The translations under genes and the position numbers were made by a program. Shown in pieces: positions 1 through 10,200 of a stretch of DNA of 42,929 bases. The stretch's first letter is position 1. Each line of letters begins with the position of its first letter. Origin of the DNA: Bacteroidales bacterium UBA3382 (lineage in GTDB: Bacteria; Bacteroidota; Bacteroidia; Bacteroidales; UBA932); NCBI GenBank assembly GCA_002358965.1, contig DEPW01000115.1:1-42929 (forward strand). The letters run 5' to 3'. Below the pieces are notes generated by a model. The model made no database searches. It had not been told where the DNA came from and saw only the letters and a program-made list of their open reading frames with translations.

Positions 1-243
1 CAGCTTTCCGGCGGAGAGCAGCAGAGGGTGGCCGTGGCCCGCGCCATAATGAATTGTCCTTCAGTACTGTTTGCAGACGAGCCTTCCGGGAACCTTGACA
101 GTAAGACAAAAGAGGAAATCCACAGCCTTTTTTTCAGACTTCGCGACCATTACGGACAGACAATATTGATAGTCACCCATGATACCGGACTGGCCCGAAT
201 GTGCGACCGGGCTTTGGAGATGAAAGACGGGAGGTTCGTATAG
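1..243 (+). CDS. ABC transporter ATP-binding protein, LolD-like (5'-truncated by window edge)
   Basis: Frame 1 reads [15 protein letters not shown] (signature), [10 protein letters not shown] (Walker B/D-loop) and IVTHD (H-loop), typical of LolD/MacB-type ATPases. Confidence 0.88.
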   Translation, partial: QLSGGEQQRVAVARAIMNCPSVLFADEPSGNLDSKTKEEIHSLFFRLRDHYGQTILIVTHDTGLARMCDRALEMKDGRFV

Positions 244-248
244 AAGCC

Positions 249-989
249 ATGTCCGTATTCATTTTCAACGGTTTCGTGGTGAGGAACGAGTCTTCGGCGA
301 TGAAAATCAATACAGACTCGGTTTTGCTCGGCGCTTTGTGCACAATATCATCGTCCGATACCAGGATCCTCGACATAGGGACCGGTACCGGTGTCGTTGC
401 TCTGATCGTAGCGAAACGCCTGTCTTCATTAAGGATGGAAAGCGGGCAGGACGGGATTCTCGGGCCGGACGATATCCTGACAGGCATCGATGCAGACGGC
501 ATTTCGGCCGAAGAGGCCGCCGGAAATTTCGCCAATTCGCCGTGGAGCGGCAATATGGTGTCCATCCATGTCCCTTTGGCCGGATATCCGCCGAAGGAAT
601 GCGACCTGATCGTTTCCAATCCCCCGTATTTCGACAGTACGCTCAGATCTCCGGATACGAGGAGGAGGGGGGCGCGTCATACCGGTTCGCTGTCATTCAG
701 GGATGTGCTGGACTATGCCGCGCTCTGTCTTTCCATCAAAGGCAGGGTGTCGATGATATTGCCTGCATCGGACAAGATGCAGGTGCTTGCCTATGGTGCG
801 GACAAAGGACTGTATCTTAACAGGATAGTGTATGTCAGCAATCTTGCGGGCCGTGAAGCCGACAGGGTGGTGGTGGAGTTTTCGAAAAACAGGGCCAGGC
901 TTGTGATGGAAGAGCTTGCCGTACATCGGGGAAGAGAGTACGACCCCGAATATTTAAAAAGAACCTCAGAACTCTATTGCAGGCCCTGA
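249..989 (+). CDS. tRNA1(Val) adenine(37)-N6 methyltransferase (YfiC/TrmN6 family)
   Basis: MKINTDSVLLGA, ILDIGTGTG (SAM binding), IVSNPPYF (N6-MTase motif IV), ARH. Start placed at ATG 249 (MSVFIF), just after the upstream stop. Confidence 0.85.
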   Translation: MSVFIFNGFVVRNESSAMKINTDSVLLGALCTISSSDTRILDIGTGTGVVALIVAKRLSSLRMESGQDGILGPDDILTGIDADGISAEEAAGNFANSPWSGNMVSIHVPLAGYPPKECDLIVSNPPYFDSTLRSPDTRRRGARHTGSLSFRDVLDYAALCLSIKGRVSMILPASDKMQVLAYGADKGLYLNRIVYVSNLAGREADRVVVEFSKNRARLVMEELAVHRGREYDPEYLKRTSELYCRP

Positions 990-1073
990 GGTTCAAACTA
1001 ACCACTAAAAAACCACTAACTATACTACAAAACGAATGTTTTACTGCATTAATCATGCCACGATTGGCGCAAT

Positions 1074-1556
1074 CTATTCTTTTCTGTTTTTAAGATTCCT
1101 GAACTGTTTCATCATGAAGCGTTCTTCAGCCAGGAAGAGCATTGCCGTCTTTTCTTCTGAAAGCACTTTGCTTATTTCCTCCCTTGTCTTTTCGCGCATA
1201 TTGTCGCAGTTTCCGGCCGCTTCGAGATAATTGTCGAGCAGCGTGGCGATTTCGGTCTCGGTCTTCCCGGTTTCGATGGCGATTTCCAAGAGTTTCATGC
1301 TTTTCCTTGCTTCACCGTGATATTTTTCCCTTTCGTCCTGCAACTTGTTGTATATCGGCCAGAAAACCTGTGCTTCTTCCGGAGTCAGTTCCAACGCGTC
1401 TGTGAAATATGCGATTTTTTCCGCCTTGATCCTCTCCTTCCAGTCTTTGTCGTGTCCGCAGCCCGGGCCATTATCCGTTGCGGGAGGGATGGCAAAGACG
1501 GTAATTGCCGAGAAAAGTAAAGCGGTTAATGAGATGATAAAATGTTTTTTCTTCAT
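1074..1556 (-). CDS. Secreted helical protein, Spy/CpxP-like, ECF-associated
   Basis: Signal peptide, KAEKIAYFTDALELTPEEAQVFWPIY (LTxxE/Q-type motif), charged helical composition, third gene of the ECF module. Confidence 0.65.
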   Translation of the reverse strand: MKKKHFIISLTALLFSAITVFAIPPATDNGPGCGHDKDWKERIKAEKIAYFTDALELTPEEAQVFWPIYNKLQDEREKYHGEARKSMKLLEIAIETGKTETEIATLLDNYLEAAGNCDNMREKTREEISKVLSEEKTAMLFLAEERFMMKQFRNLKNRKE

Positions 1557-1568
1557 ATCGTAAAAAAA

Positions 1569-2006
1569 TTATTCTTCGTTTTCGTCGTATGTGGCGGCAA
1601 GATACAGCAGGACCCTGTCTTCTCCTGAGAGATATTCGATGACTTCGTCATCGGTCAGCTTTCCGCCGTCAGGATCCTCGTTTTCAACGGTGCCGTCGAT
1701 GCCGGAGGAGTATGCAATCGAAACGACTGTCCTCATCAGATCGTATTCTTCCATCGGAATGGCTCCGGAGTCGTCCGGCATGTTTCCGGCGGTGCCGGTG
1801 ATTCGCATGATTCCGGCGCCGATCGCCAGTACGAGCGCGAACGCCGCCGCCATTCCCAGCGCAGGCTTGAAGAATCGTTCCCATGTCCCGGGCTTGTCGT
1901 GTCCGTGTTTTTCAATGTGGACGCGGATCCTTCCGTCCAACGAGCCGAAGTAGCCGTCAGGCACGGTGTAAGGATTGATTTTATATCTTTTGTCTTCTAT
2001 GTCCAT
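1569..2006 (-). CDS. Putative single-pass anti-sigma factor
   Basis: NPYTVPDGYF motif followed by one TM helix (PALGMAAAFALVLAIGAGI), directly downstream of an ECF sigma. Start is ATG 2006 or GTG 2021. Confidence 0.65.
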   Translation of the reverse strand: MDIEDKRYKINPYTVPDGYFGSLDGRIRVHIEKHGHDKPGTWERFFKPALGMAAAFALVLAIGAGIMRITGTAGNMPDDSGAIPMEEYDLMRTVVSIAYSSGIDGTVENEDPDGGKLTDDEVIEYLSGEDRVLLYLAATYDENEE

Positions 2007-2046
2007 TGTATTGTCTTTCACGGTGAATCATTTAAGCACACAATCA

Positions 2047-2074
2047 TTAGACGAGCATTGCCGGCAAAGGTTTA
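2047..2074 (-). promoter_or_regulatory. Putative ECF-sigma promoter TAAACC-N16-GTCTAA
   Basis: Minus strand reads TAAACC tttgccggcaatgctc GTCTAA, an ECF-like AAC (-35) / CGTC (-10) arrangement upstream of the anti-sigma gene. Confidence 0.55.
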
Positions 2075-2122
2075 GAAACCGTTCGGCTTTTTGTAATCAG
2101 TCCATTGCCGATTTTCCCTTGT

Positions 2123-2659
2123 TCATCCTATGTTTTCTTTCATTTCAGACACAATCCTTTTGTAGGCATGGTGATATGAGGCTTTCAGAGCGCCTACGGA
2201 TGTGCCGAGGATTTCGGAAATGTCTTCGTATTTCATTTCTTCGAAATAACGCATGTTGAATACCAGGCGCTGTTTCGCAGGCAGGGCGGCGATGGACTTG
2301 TAAAGTTTCCTGATGATTCCGTCTGCATCGAACCACGGGTCGGCTTCGACAGAGTAAGACGGCGGAGGGGTTCTGAACGAAAGTAAGGAACGGAGCCTTT
2401 TCCTGTTTAGAAAAGTGAGGGTCTCGTTAGTGGCTATGCGGTATATCCATGTAAAAAGACGGGATTCCCCCCTGAAAGAGGGAAGCCCCGCCCAAATTTT
2501 AAGGAATACGTCCTGAAGTATGTCGTCAGTATCTTCGTGAGAGCCGGCCATGCGCCGGATATGCCAGTAAAGCTTCTCCTTGTAAGTATCTACGATGGCC
2601 TCGAACGCCTCTTCGATGCGCCCGCTTTCGAACAGCTTTATGATCCTGCCCTCTTCCAA
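2123..2659 (-). CDS. ECF RNA polymerase sigma-70 factor
   Basis: Region 2 DDILQDVFLKIW...FTWIYRIATN and region 4 LPAKQRLVF...YEDISEILGTSVGALKASYHHA; TTG start. Confidence 0.93.
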   Translation of the reverse strand: MEEGRIIKLFESGRIEEAFEAIVDTYKEKLYWHIRRMAGSHEDTDDILQDVFLKIWAGLPSFRGESRLFTWIYRIATNETLTFLNRKRLRSLLSFRTPPPSYSVEADPWFDADGIIRKLYKSIAALPAKQRLVFNMRYFEEMKYEDISEILGTSVGALKASYHHAYKRIVSEMKENIG

Positions 2660-2662
2660 TTA

Positions 2663-3625
2663 CTATCCGTTCTTCCTGCCGACGGCCTTTCTGGCTGCAC
2701 TTACGATGTGCGATGCATCAAGTCCGTAGGCCTTCATGAGTTCGGATGGAGAACCGCTCTGGCCGAACTTGTCATCGACGGCGACGAATTCGACAGGTGC
2801 AGGCAAATGCCTTGCAAGCGTCCCTGCTATCAGCTCTCCAAGTCCTCCTGCGATCAGATGCTCTTCGGCGCAAACGGCTGCTCCGGTCTTTGCGACGGAT
2901 GCTACCACGGCATCGGTATCAAGCGGCTTGATGGTATGTATGTCGATTATCTCGGCGGATATGCCTTCGTTTTCGAGCTCTTTTGCCGCCTGGAGCGCTT
3001 CCCAGACAAGATGACCTGTGGCAAAGACGGTTACATCCTTGCCTTCGTTCATGACGAGGGCTTTGCCGATTTCGAATACCTGGTCTTCCGGAGTGAAGTT
3101 AGGGACCGAAGGCCTGCCGAAACGGAGATAGACCGGGCCGTGGTATGCGGCGGCTGCAATCGTTGCGGCTTTCGTCTGGTTGTAATCGCACGGATTGATG
3201 ACCGTCATGTTCGGAAGGGCTCTCATCAGGGCGATGTCTTCCATTGTCTGGTGCGTCGCTCCGTCTTCTCCGAGGGTTATCCCGGCATGGGAGGCGGCAA
3301 TCTTTACATTGGTGTTGCCGTAAGCGACTTCCTGACGGATCTGGTCGTATACCCTTCCTGTGATGAATTCGGCGAAAGAGCCGGCGAACGGTATCTTGCC
3401 GGTGAGTGCGGCGCCTGCGGCCACTCCTATCATGTTGGCTTCGGCTATCCCGCATTGGATGAACCTTTCAGGCCATGCCTCAGCGAATTTTTCCATTTTC
3501 AGTGAGCCTGCGAGATCCGCGCACAGGGCTATGATTTCGGGATTGCATGAAGCGGCCTGGTAAAGCCCTGCTCCGAAACCGCTGCGTGTGTCTTTGTTAC
3601 CGGTATTAATATATTCGTGTTTCAT
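2663..3625 (-). CDS. Transketolase, C-terminal subunit
   Basis: GIAEANMIG, GEDGATHQ, GPVYLRFGR, TIKPLD and EEH motifs. Confidence 0.93.
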   Translation of the reverse strand: MKHEYINTGNKDTRSGFGAGLYQAASCNPEIIALCADLAGSLKMEKFAEAWPERFIQCGIAEANMIGVAAGAALTGKIPFAGSFAEFITGRVYDQIRQEVAYGNTNVKIAASHAGITLGEDGATHQTMEDIALMRALPNMTVINPCDYNQTKAATIAAAAYHGPVYLRFGRPSVPNFTPEDQVFEIGKALVMNEGKDVTVFATGHLVWEALQAAKELENEGISAEIIDIHTIKPLDTDAVVASVAKTGAAVCAEEHLIAGGLGELIAGTLARHLPAPVEFVAVDDKFGQSGSPSELMKAYGLDASHIVSAARKAVGRKNG

Positions 3626-3644
3626 ATTCCGAGGTTTTCAATGA

Positions 3645-4481
3645 TTAATAATCTCCTAAAGTTTCTTCGAGCTGCGAAAGGGCTGCTGCGGCCTGCTCGT
3701 CGGAAGGAGCCTTTCCGTGCCATTTGTGGGTACCGCACATGAAGTCTACGCCTTGTCCCATATTGCTCTTTGCGAGGATGATGGCCGGCTTCCCGGCTTT
3801 GCCCGCTTTGTCGAAAGCTGCAAGCAGCGAATCGAAATCATGGGCGTCGCATACTATGGTCTCCCAGCCGAAGGCTTTCCATATAGGCCCGTAGTCTTTC
3901 ACACCGGCGACATCCGATACTTTTCCGTCTATCTGCTGGTTGTTCCAGTCCATGATGGCTATGAGGTTGTCAAGCCCGTGGTTTACAGCGAACATTGCGG
4001 CTTCCCAGATCTGTCCTTCTTCGCATTCGCCGTCCCCGAGAAGGGCATAGACGCGGTTGGTCTCTTTGTCCATCTTCTTCGCAAGGGCGATGCCTGCCGC
4101 CGCCGAAAGGCCTTGTCCGAGCGAACCGGACGGCTGGAGCACACCCGGAAGCCCTTTTTCAGTACAAGGATGTCCTTGCAGCCTGCTGCCGAACTGTCTT
4201 AAAGTACCGAGTTCCCTGATGTCGAAATAGCCTGAGCGGGCCAGCACCGAGTAGTATACCGGAGCGAGATGTCCTGCCGAAAGGATGAAGGCGTCCTGGC
4301 CTTTGGAATCCCTTGTCCAGCTGGCAGGGTCGTGTTTCATCACATCGAAATAGAGGGCGGTCATGATTTCCGTACTGCTCAACGAACCGCCTGGGTGGCC
4401 CGATTTGGCGGAATGCACCATGCGTATGATATCGCGCCTTACCTGGGACGCGATACGTTTCAGTTCTTCTGTTTTAGACAT
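3645..4481 (-). CDS. Transketolase, N-terminal (TPP-binding) subunit
   Basis: SGHPGGSLS, LQGHP, GSLGQGLS, GDGE...N TPP-binding motif, WHGKAP. Confidence 0.94.
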   Translation of the reverse strand: MSKTEELKRIASQVRRDIIRMVHSAKSGHPGGSLSSTEIMTALYFDVMKHDPASWTRDSKGQDAFILSAGHLAPVYYSVLARSGYFDIRELGTLRQFGSRLQGHPCTEKGLPGVLQPSGSLGQGLSAAAGIALAKKMDKETNRVYALLGDGECEEGQIWEAAMFAVNHGLDNLIAIMDWNNQQIDGKVSDVAGVKDYGPIWKAFGWETIVCDAHDFDSLLAAFDKAGKAGKPAIILAKSNMGQGVDFMCGTHKWHGKAPSDEQAAAALSQLEETLGDY

Positions 4482-4517
4482 AAGCGTTAAAATTTAGGCA
4501 GCAATTAAACTATCGGG

Positions 4518-4554
4518 CAAATGTACGCCCTTTTTTCAATTTTAACTATATTTG
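4518..4554. promoter_or_regulatory. Divergent Bacteroidetes sigmaA -7 boxes for the transketolase operon and lepA
   Basis: TACATTTG on minus (4518-4525) and TATATTTG on plus (4547-4554) both match TAnnTTTG. Confidence 0.7.
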
Positions 4555-4573
4555 CGCAATATATTTCTTGAAA

Positions 4574-6361
4574 ATGAAGAATATTAGGAATTTTTCGATA
4601 ATCGCGCACATCGACCACGGGAAGAGCACATTGGCAGACAGGCTTCTTGAAGCCACGAGGACGCTTAGCGAAAGGGACATGGAGAATCAGGTGCTCGACT
4701 CGATGGATCTCGAAAAAGAAAAAGGCATAACGATCAAGAGCCACGCCATCCAGATGGAGTATGCCAGGGACGGGCAGAATTATATACTGAATCTGATCGA
4801 TACCCCGGGGCATGTGGATTTTTCATACGAAGTATCGCGCGCCATAGCCTCATGCGAGGGGGCTTTGCTCGTAGTAGATGCTACGCAGGGCATCCAGGCT
4901 CAGACAATTTCCAATCTCTACCTTGCCATCGAACACGATTTGGCCATAATACCTGTCCTGAACAAGATAGACATGGATTCGGCAATGGTCGATGTCGTGA
5001 AGGATCAGGTTGTGGAGCTTCTCGGCTGCGATCCCGAAGAGATCATCCTCGCTTCCGGAAAGACCGGGCAGGGCGTGGACGAGATATTGGACGCAATCGT
5101 AGACCGCATTCCGGCTCCGTCGGGAAATCCGCAGGCGCCGCTGCAGGCCCTCATATTCGATTCGGTGTTCAATTCTTTCCGTGGAATCATAGCATATTTC
5201 AAAGTGGAAAACGGTTCGATACGCACCGGTGACAAAGTGAAGTTTTTCAATACCGGCAGAGAGTACGAGGCCGATGAGGTCGGTGTCCTGAAAATGAAGC
5301 TCGAACCTCGTGACGAGATTCCGTGCGGCAGTGTAGGATATATCATTTCGGGCATCAAGACGGCAGCGGAAGTGAAGGTAGGAGATACGATTACCCATGT
5401 AGACCGCCCTTGCCTGTCTTCCATAGCCGGTTTCGAGGAGGTGAAGCCGATGCTTTTCGCCGGTGTCTATCCTGTCGAAGCGGACGAGTACGAGGATTTG
5501 AGGGCTTCACTTGAAAAACTCCGTCTGAACGATGCTTCGCTGGTATTCGAGCCGGAATCTTCGCTTGCCCTCGGCTTCGGATTCAGATGCGGCTTTCTCG
5601 GACTTCTGCACCTGGAAATCGTCCAGGAGAGGCTTTACAGGGAGTTTGACATGGATGTGATAACTACGGTACCGAATGTTTCATACAAAGTATATACTAC
5701 CCAGCATGAGGTGCTCGATGTCCACAATCCTTCCGGACTTCCGTCACCGACACTGATAGACTATATCGAAGAGCCTTACATCAAGGCTCAGATAATCTCG
5801 AAAAGCGAGTTTTTCGGAGGCATAATGAAGCTTTGCCTTGACAAGAGAGGCACGCTTACAGGCCAGCATTTCCTTTCATCGGACAGGGTGGAACTCAATT
5901 ACGAGATGCCTTTGGCCGAGATAGTTTTCGATTTCTATGACAAATTGAAATCCATTTCGAAAGGCTACGCTTCGTTCGACTATCATCTGATAGGTTTCAA
6001 GCGGGCGGATCTTGTCAAACTCGACATCCTTCTCAATTCCGAACCTGTTGATGCCCTCTCGAGCCTGATCCACCGCGAACATGCCTATGATTTCGGCAGG
6101 AAGATGTGCGAAAAGCTGAAGGAACTGATTCCGCGCCAGCAGTTCGACATAGCCATCCAGGCGGCGATAGGGGCGAAGATCATCGCAAGGGAGACGGTCA
6201 AGGCTGTGCGTAAGGATGTTACGGCCAAGTGCTACGGCGGCGATATCACCCGTAAGAGGAAACTTCTCGAAAAACAGAAGAAAGGCAAGAAGCGCATGCG
6301 CCAGGTCGGCAATGTCGAAGTGCCGCAGAGCGCTTTCATGGCCGTGCTGAAGCTCGATTGA
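4574..6361 (+). CDS. lepA: Elongation factor 4 (LepA)
   Basis: [43 protein letters not shown] and C-terminal [18 protein letters not shown]. Confidence 0.98.
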   Translation: MKNIRNFSIIAHIDHGKSTLADRLLEATRTLSERDMENQVLDSMDLEKEKGITIKSHAIQMEYARDGQNYILNLIDTPGHVDFSYEVSRAIASCEGALLVVDATQGIQAQTISNLYLAIEHDLAIIPVLNKIDMDSAMVDVVKDQVVELLGCDPEEIILASGKTGQGVDEILDAIVDRIPAPSGNPQAPLQALIFDSVFNSFRGIIAYFKVENGSIRTGDKVKFFNTGREYEADEVGVLKMKLEPRDEIPCGSVGYIISGIKTAAEVKVGDTITHVDRPCLSSIAGFEEVKPMLFAGVYPVEADEYEDLRASLEKLRLNDASLVFEPESSLALGFGFRCGFLGLLHLEIVQERLYREFDMDVITTVPNVSYKVYTTQHEVLDVHNPSGLPSPTLIDYIEEPYIKAQIISKSEFFGGIMKLCLDKRGTLTGQHFLSSDRVELNYEMPLAEIVFDFYDKLKSISKGYASFDYHLIGFKRADLVKLDILLNSEPVDALSSLIHREHAYDFGRKMCEKLKELIPRQQFDIAIQAAIGAKIIARETVKAVRKDVTAKCYGGDITRKRKLLEKQKKGKKRMRQVGNVEVPQSAFMAVLKLD

Positions 6362-7255
6362 ATGGATGTCTTTGCAGTCATTGTGACTTGTAATGCGATG
6401 AGATGGGTGGAAAGATCCGTCTCGTCTCTGTATGCTTCCTCCTGCCCTCCGAGACATGTCATAGCGGTGGACAATGCTTCCAGCGACGGCACCCCCGAGC
6501 ATGTGCATGATTGTTTTCCCGAAGTGGAGCTCGTCCGGATGGAATCGAATCTCGGTTTTGCGTCAGCCGCGCAGGCCGGTATCGATGCGGCTGTCGCTTC
6601 AGGAGCCGAAGCCGTGCTCCTCATGCACCATGATGTATGGCTGGAGCACGATACGCTGGAAATCCTCGTGAAAGCATGCGGGGACGACTCTCTGCTCGTT
6701 CCTGTCTATCTGAACGGCCCAGGCTCGGATTATGAGACATCGTTCCGTCCGCTCATCAGGCATTCCAGTGACCTGAAGTGCGTTTTAAAGCGCAAAACAG
6801 GGCAGTCTTTTGCGAAAATCCCTGTAAGCGCCGCGCCTTCGGGCTGTTGGCTCTTACCCCTGTCGCTGTTGAAGGAGACAGGCCCGTTTAACCGGCTCTT
6901 CCTGGAGGCGACGGCTGCCTGCGAGGAATATCTGGCGAGAATGCGTTATCTTTCGAAGAAGACTTATGTCGTGCCAGGTGCGAAGATCTTCCATGACCGC
7001 GACAGTTACGGAGACAGGACTCTGTTCGATATGTCATCGGTTTACCGCGACCTGATGCTTATTGAATGCAATCCCGGCAAGGGAGGCCTTGGCCGCACCG
7101 TTGCCAGGATTGCCATGTTTTTCAGACTTGCGCTTGGCACGGTCCATTACCGTGTCAATCTGCTGAAGGTCTTTTTTAAGGACTTACGGAAAGTAAGGGC
7201 GGTCAGACCTTCCCTGAAGCGGAAAAGAGAGGGTTACAGGCGCTCGGGCGTCTGA
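6362..7255 (+). CDS. Glycosyltransferase family 2 protein (catalytic motifs degenerate)
   Basis: AVIVTCN, VDNASSDGT, NLGFA and a late H (IFHD) fit the GT2 fold. It starts immediately after the lepA stop (TGA ATG). Confidence 0.78.
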   Translation: MDVFAVIVTCNAMRWVERSVSSLYASSCPPRHVIAVDNASSDGTPEHVHDCFPEVELVRMESNLGFASAAQAGIDAAVASGAEAVLLMHHDVWLEHDTLEILVKACGDDSLLVPVYLNGPGSDYETSFRPLIRHSSDLKCVLKRKTGQSFAKIPVSAAPSGCWLLPLSLLKETGPFNRLFLEATAACEEYLARMRYLSKKTYVVPGAKIFHDRDSYGDRTLFDMSSVYRDLMLIECNPGKGGLGRTVARIAMFFRLALGTVHYRVNLLKVFFKDLRKVRAVRPSLKRKREGYRRSGV

Positions 7256-10200
7256 TTTCGGCGTTCAGGAGCGAACTTCACGCGGAACTCATATTTTCCG
7301 AACGGAACCATATATTCTTCCAAAGGCCATGCGCCCCAAGAGTCTATGCAGCCGAGGCCCATCTGGACTTTGTCGAAGCATACCGAGGTAAAACCGTCAC
7401 GGACAAGTTCGGCAGGATGCCTCTGCGCCTTCTGCTTCACAGGGCCTTCGTCAAGGGTTTCCTGCGAATAAGGAAGTGCCGATGCGCTGAAATCTTCCGC
7501 AGACGAGATGGTCACGGATATGCCATCAGTGCCGTTTACCAATGTCCATGCTTTGAGGTCGCTGCGCGTACCGCATTCCTGAGGGCGGATGTAAGGGTAA
7601 AACATGTCGTCTACCGAGGACGAATGGCGGCCTATGATTGCCGAGCCTTTGCGGTCGGAATAGTTTTCCCATGGTCCCCGTCCGTAATAATCCACTCTGT
7701 CGAAACTTTCAGGCAGGTCTGCACGCATTCCGAAGCGGAACATGTATCTGTACGCTCCCTCCATGGATGCGGCCCTGTCGTCGGGTACGAGTCTCTGGAC
7801 GATGCCGAGCTCCCCGGCCGAGTTGGCGGAGTATTCGAGTTCAAGCCTTGCAGGGATGTTTTCGAATCGGAATGCGGCCTTTACCGAAGCCCCGTCCGGG
7901 GTCAGGCTTTCCAAAGTCATGGAAGGAGAGTGCCACTCTTTGAAGCGGAGCTGCTGTCCGGCACCGAAATCGTTGTCGGTAACCGCCCTCCAGAAGTTAG
8001 GCCTGATGCAGCTGCCATCTTCAAGCAACTGTATGCCGTCGAAAATGTAGCTGTCGACGAGCCCTGTGGCCGATGATATGCGGATTTGTCCCTTGTCGGT
8101 TTCGAATACGAACGAATCTCCCTTGTCGGTTGCGGATACCGGTGTCCCGGTGTCTTCCAACGGACTGAACATGTCCGCCTCTTTGAGAACATATTGCGCA
8201 TAAGCTATCCTATGGCCTTCAGGCAGGAACGGCTCGTCGCGGTTCAAAGTGAAACTGATATTCAGCAACAGGCCGTTTTCCCTTCCGAGCCATGTCCTGA
8301 CGGAATCCCTGTCGTAGCCCAGGACGAATTCGGCTGTCTGTTGAGGGGCTACGGGCAGTTCGGGCATCTTGCCGGATGCCATTATGTTTCCGTTTGAAAC
8401 CAATTCCCAATCCAGCGAATATGCCGACAGGTCTCGGAAAAAATATTCGTTGAAAACCGAAATCTTTCCGCCGAGGGTGTCTTCCAGCGTTGTCCATATC
8501 GGCTGATGATAGTACCGTACTTCGTATGCATGCGGGTTAGGGTTGCGGTCCGGACTGAAGAGCCCGTTGTTGCAGAAATTCTTGTCCCAATCGCTGTCGC
8601 TGTCGTTAAAATCCCCGGCGTATGCAAGGACGGTCGTCCCGTTCTTGTCGTAATAGACGGACTGGTCTACGAAATCCCAGATGAACCCTCCCTGGTAGGC
8701 CGGATATTTCCGTATCAAGTCCCAGTATTCTTTGAAACCGCCTTCGGAATTGCCCATCGCGTGGGCGTATTCGATTTGGATCAGAGGCCTTTGTGGATTG
8801 TTTTCGCAATATCTTATCACATCCGCCGGCTTTCTGTACATAGGAGAATATATGTCAGCCACTTCGAATCCCCAGTCCTGTTCGTATATCAGGAGTCTTG
8901 TCGAATCCATGGCTTTTACGGTTTCGCCGGCGGCTTTGAAGTTTTCACCGTAGCCGGCCTCGTTCCCGAGCGACCAGAAAATGATCGACGGATGGTTTTT
9001 CAGTATCCGTACATTGTCGACATTCCTCGAAACATGTGCGGCTTTGTAGGCAGGATCCTTTGCGACGCTGGATTCCGTGTACATCATACCGTGCGATTCG
9101 ATATTGGCTTCAGCGATGACATAGAGCCCGTATTTGTCGCAAAGGTAATACCAATAAGGGTCGTCCGGATAGTGGCATGTCCTTACCGCATTGATATTGA
9201 ACTCTTTCATGCGGCGTACATCCTGTTCCATATCCTCTTTTGAAACGAGGTATCCGCCGTAAGGGTTCATCTCGTGCCTGTTGACGCCTTTGAACAGCAC
9301 GGGCTGTCCGTTTACGAGTACATTGCAGCCGTCCAGTTCGATTTTCCTGAAACCGAAGTGCTGGCGGATGACTTCGACCGTCTTGCCTTCAGTATCGTAC
9401 AGGGCGAAGACGGCTTCATACAGGTTGGGAATCTCGGCGTTCCATGAAAGCACTTCCGGGAAGCGTTCGGTAATCCGGCTTACGCCTTCCATCGTAAGAT
9501 CCCTGACTTTGCTTCCGTCCGGACCGAGGATCTCTATACCGATACTGTAGCCTTCAGGATATTCGGCGGTTATGTCCAGCACCCCGTCCCTGTATCCGTT
9601 TTCAAGTCCGGCGTCGATACGGATATCTTCGATATGGAGGGGATTGCGGGCATACAGGTAATTTTCCCTTGCGACCCCGGTCATCCTCCAGAAATCCTGG
9701 TCTTCAAGGTATGTACCGTCGCACCATCTGAACACCTGGAAAGCGATGAGGTTCTTCTTGCCGGGGATGACATACGGGGTGATGTCGAACTCGGCGGCCG
9801 TCTTGCTGTCTTCACTGTAACCGGCGAACTGTCCGTTCACATAGAGGGTGATATTGGAAGTGACCGAACCGAAATGCGCGACAATCTGCTTCCCTTTCCA
9901 GTCGGACGGGATCCTTATCTGCTTGCGGTACGAACCTACATGGTTTTCCTCGACAGGGACATGGGGAGGGTCGTTTTCGAATTTTTCCCTCCAGGCATAG
10001 CCCACATTGATGTATACCGGGTCGCCGTATCCGTTCATTTCCCAGATTCCCGGTACAGGGATTTCCCCCCAGGAGCTTTCGTCGAGATCCTGTACATAGA
10101 AGTTGCTTACCCTTTCATCGGCATTTTCGGCCCAATGGAATTTCCATACACCATGAAGCGAAAGGAAGTTTTCGGAAAACTCTTTGTCCCGGGCGGCTTC

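Noticed and set aside
7234..7255. 22-bp 3' overlap of the convergent GT2 and GH2 genes
   Set aside because: Short convergent overlaps are common in compact genomes; no further signal.
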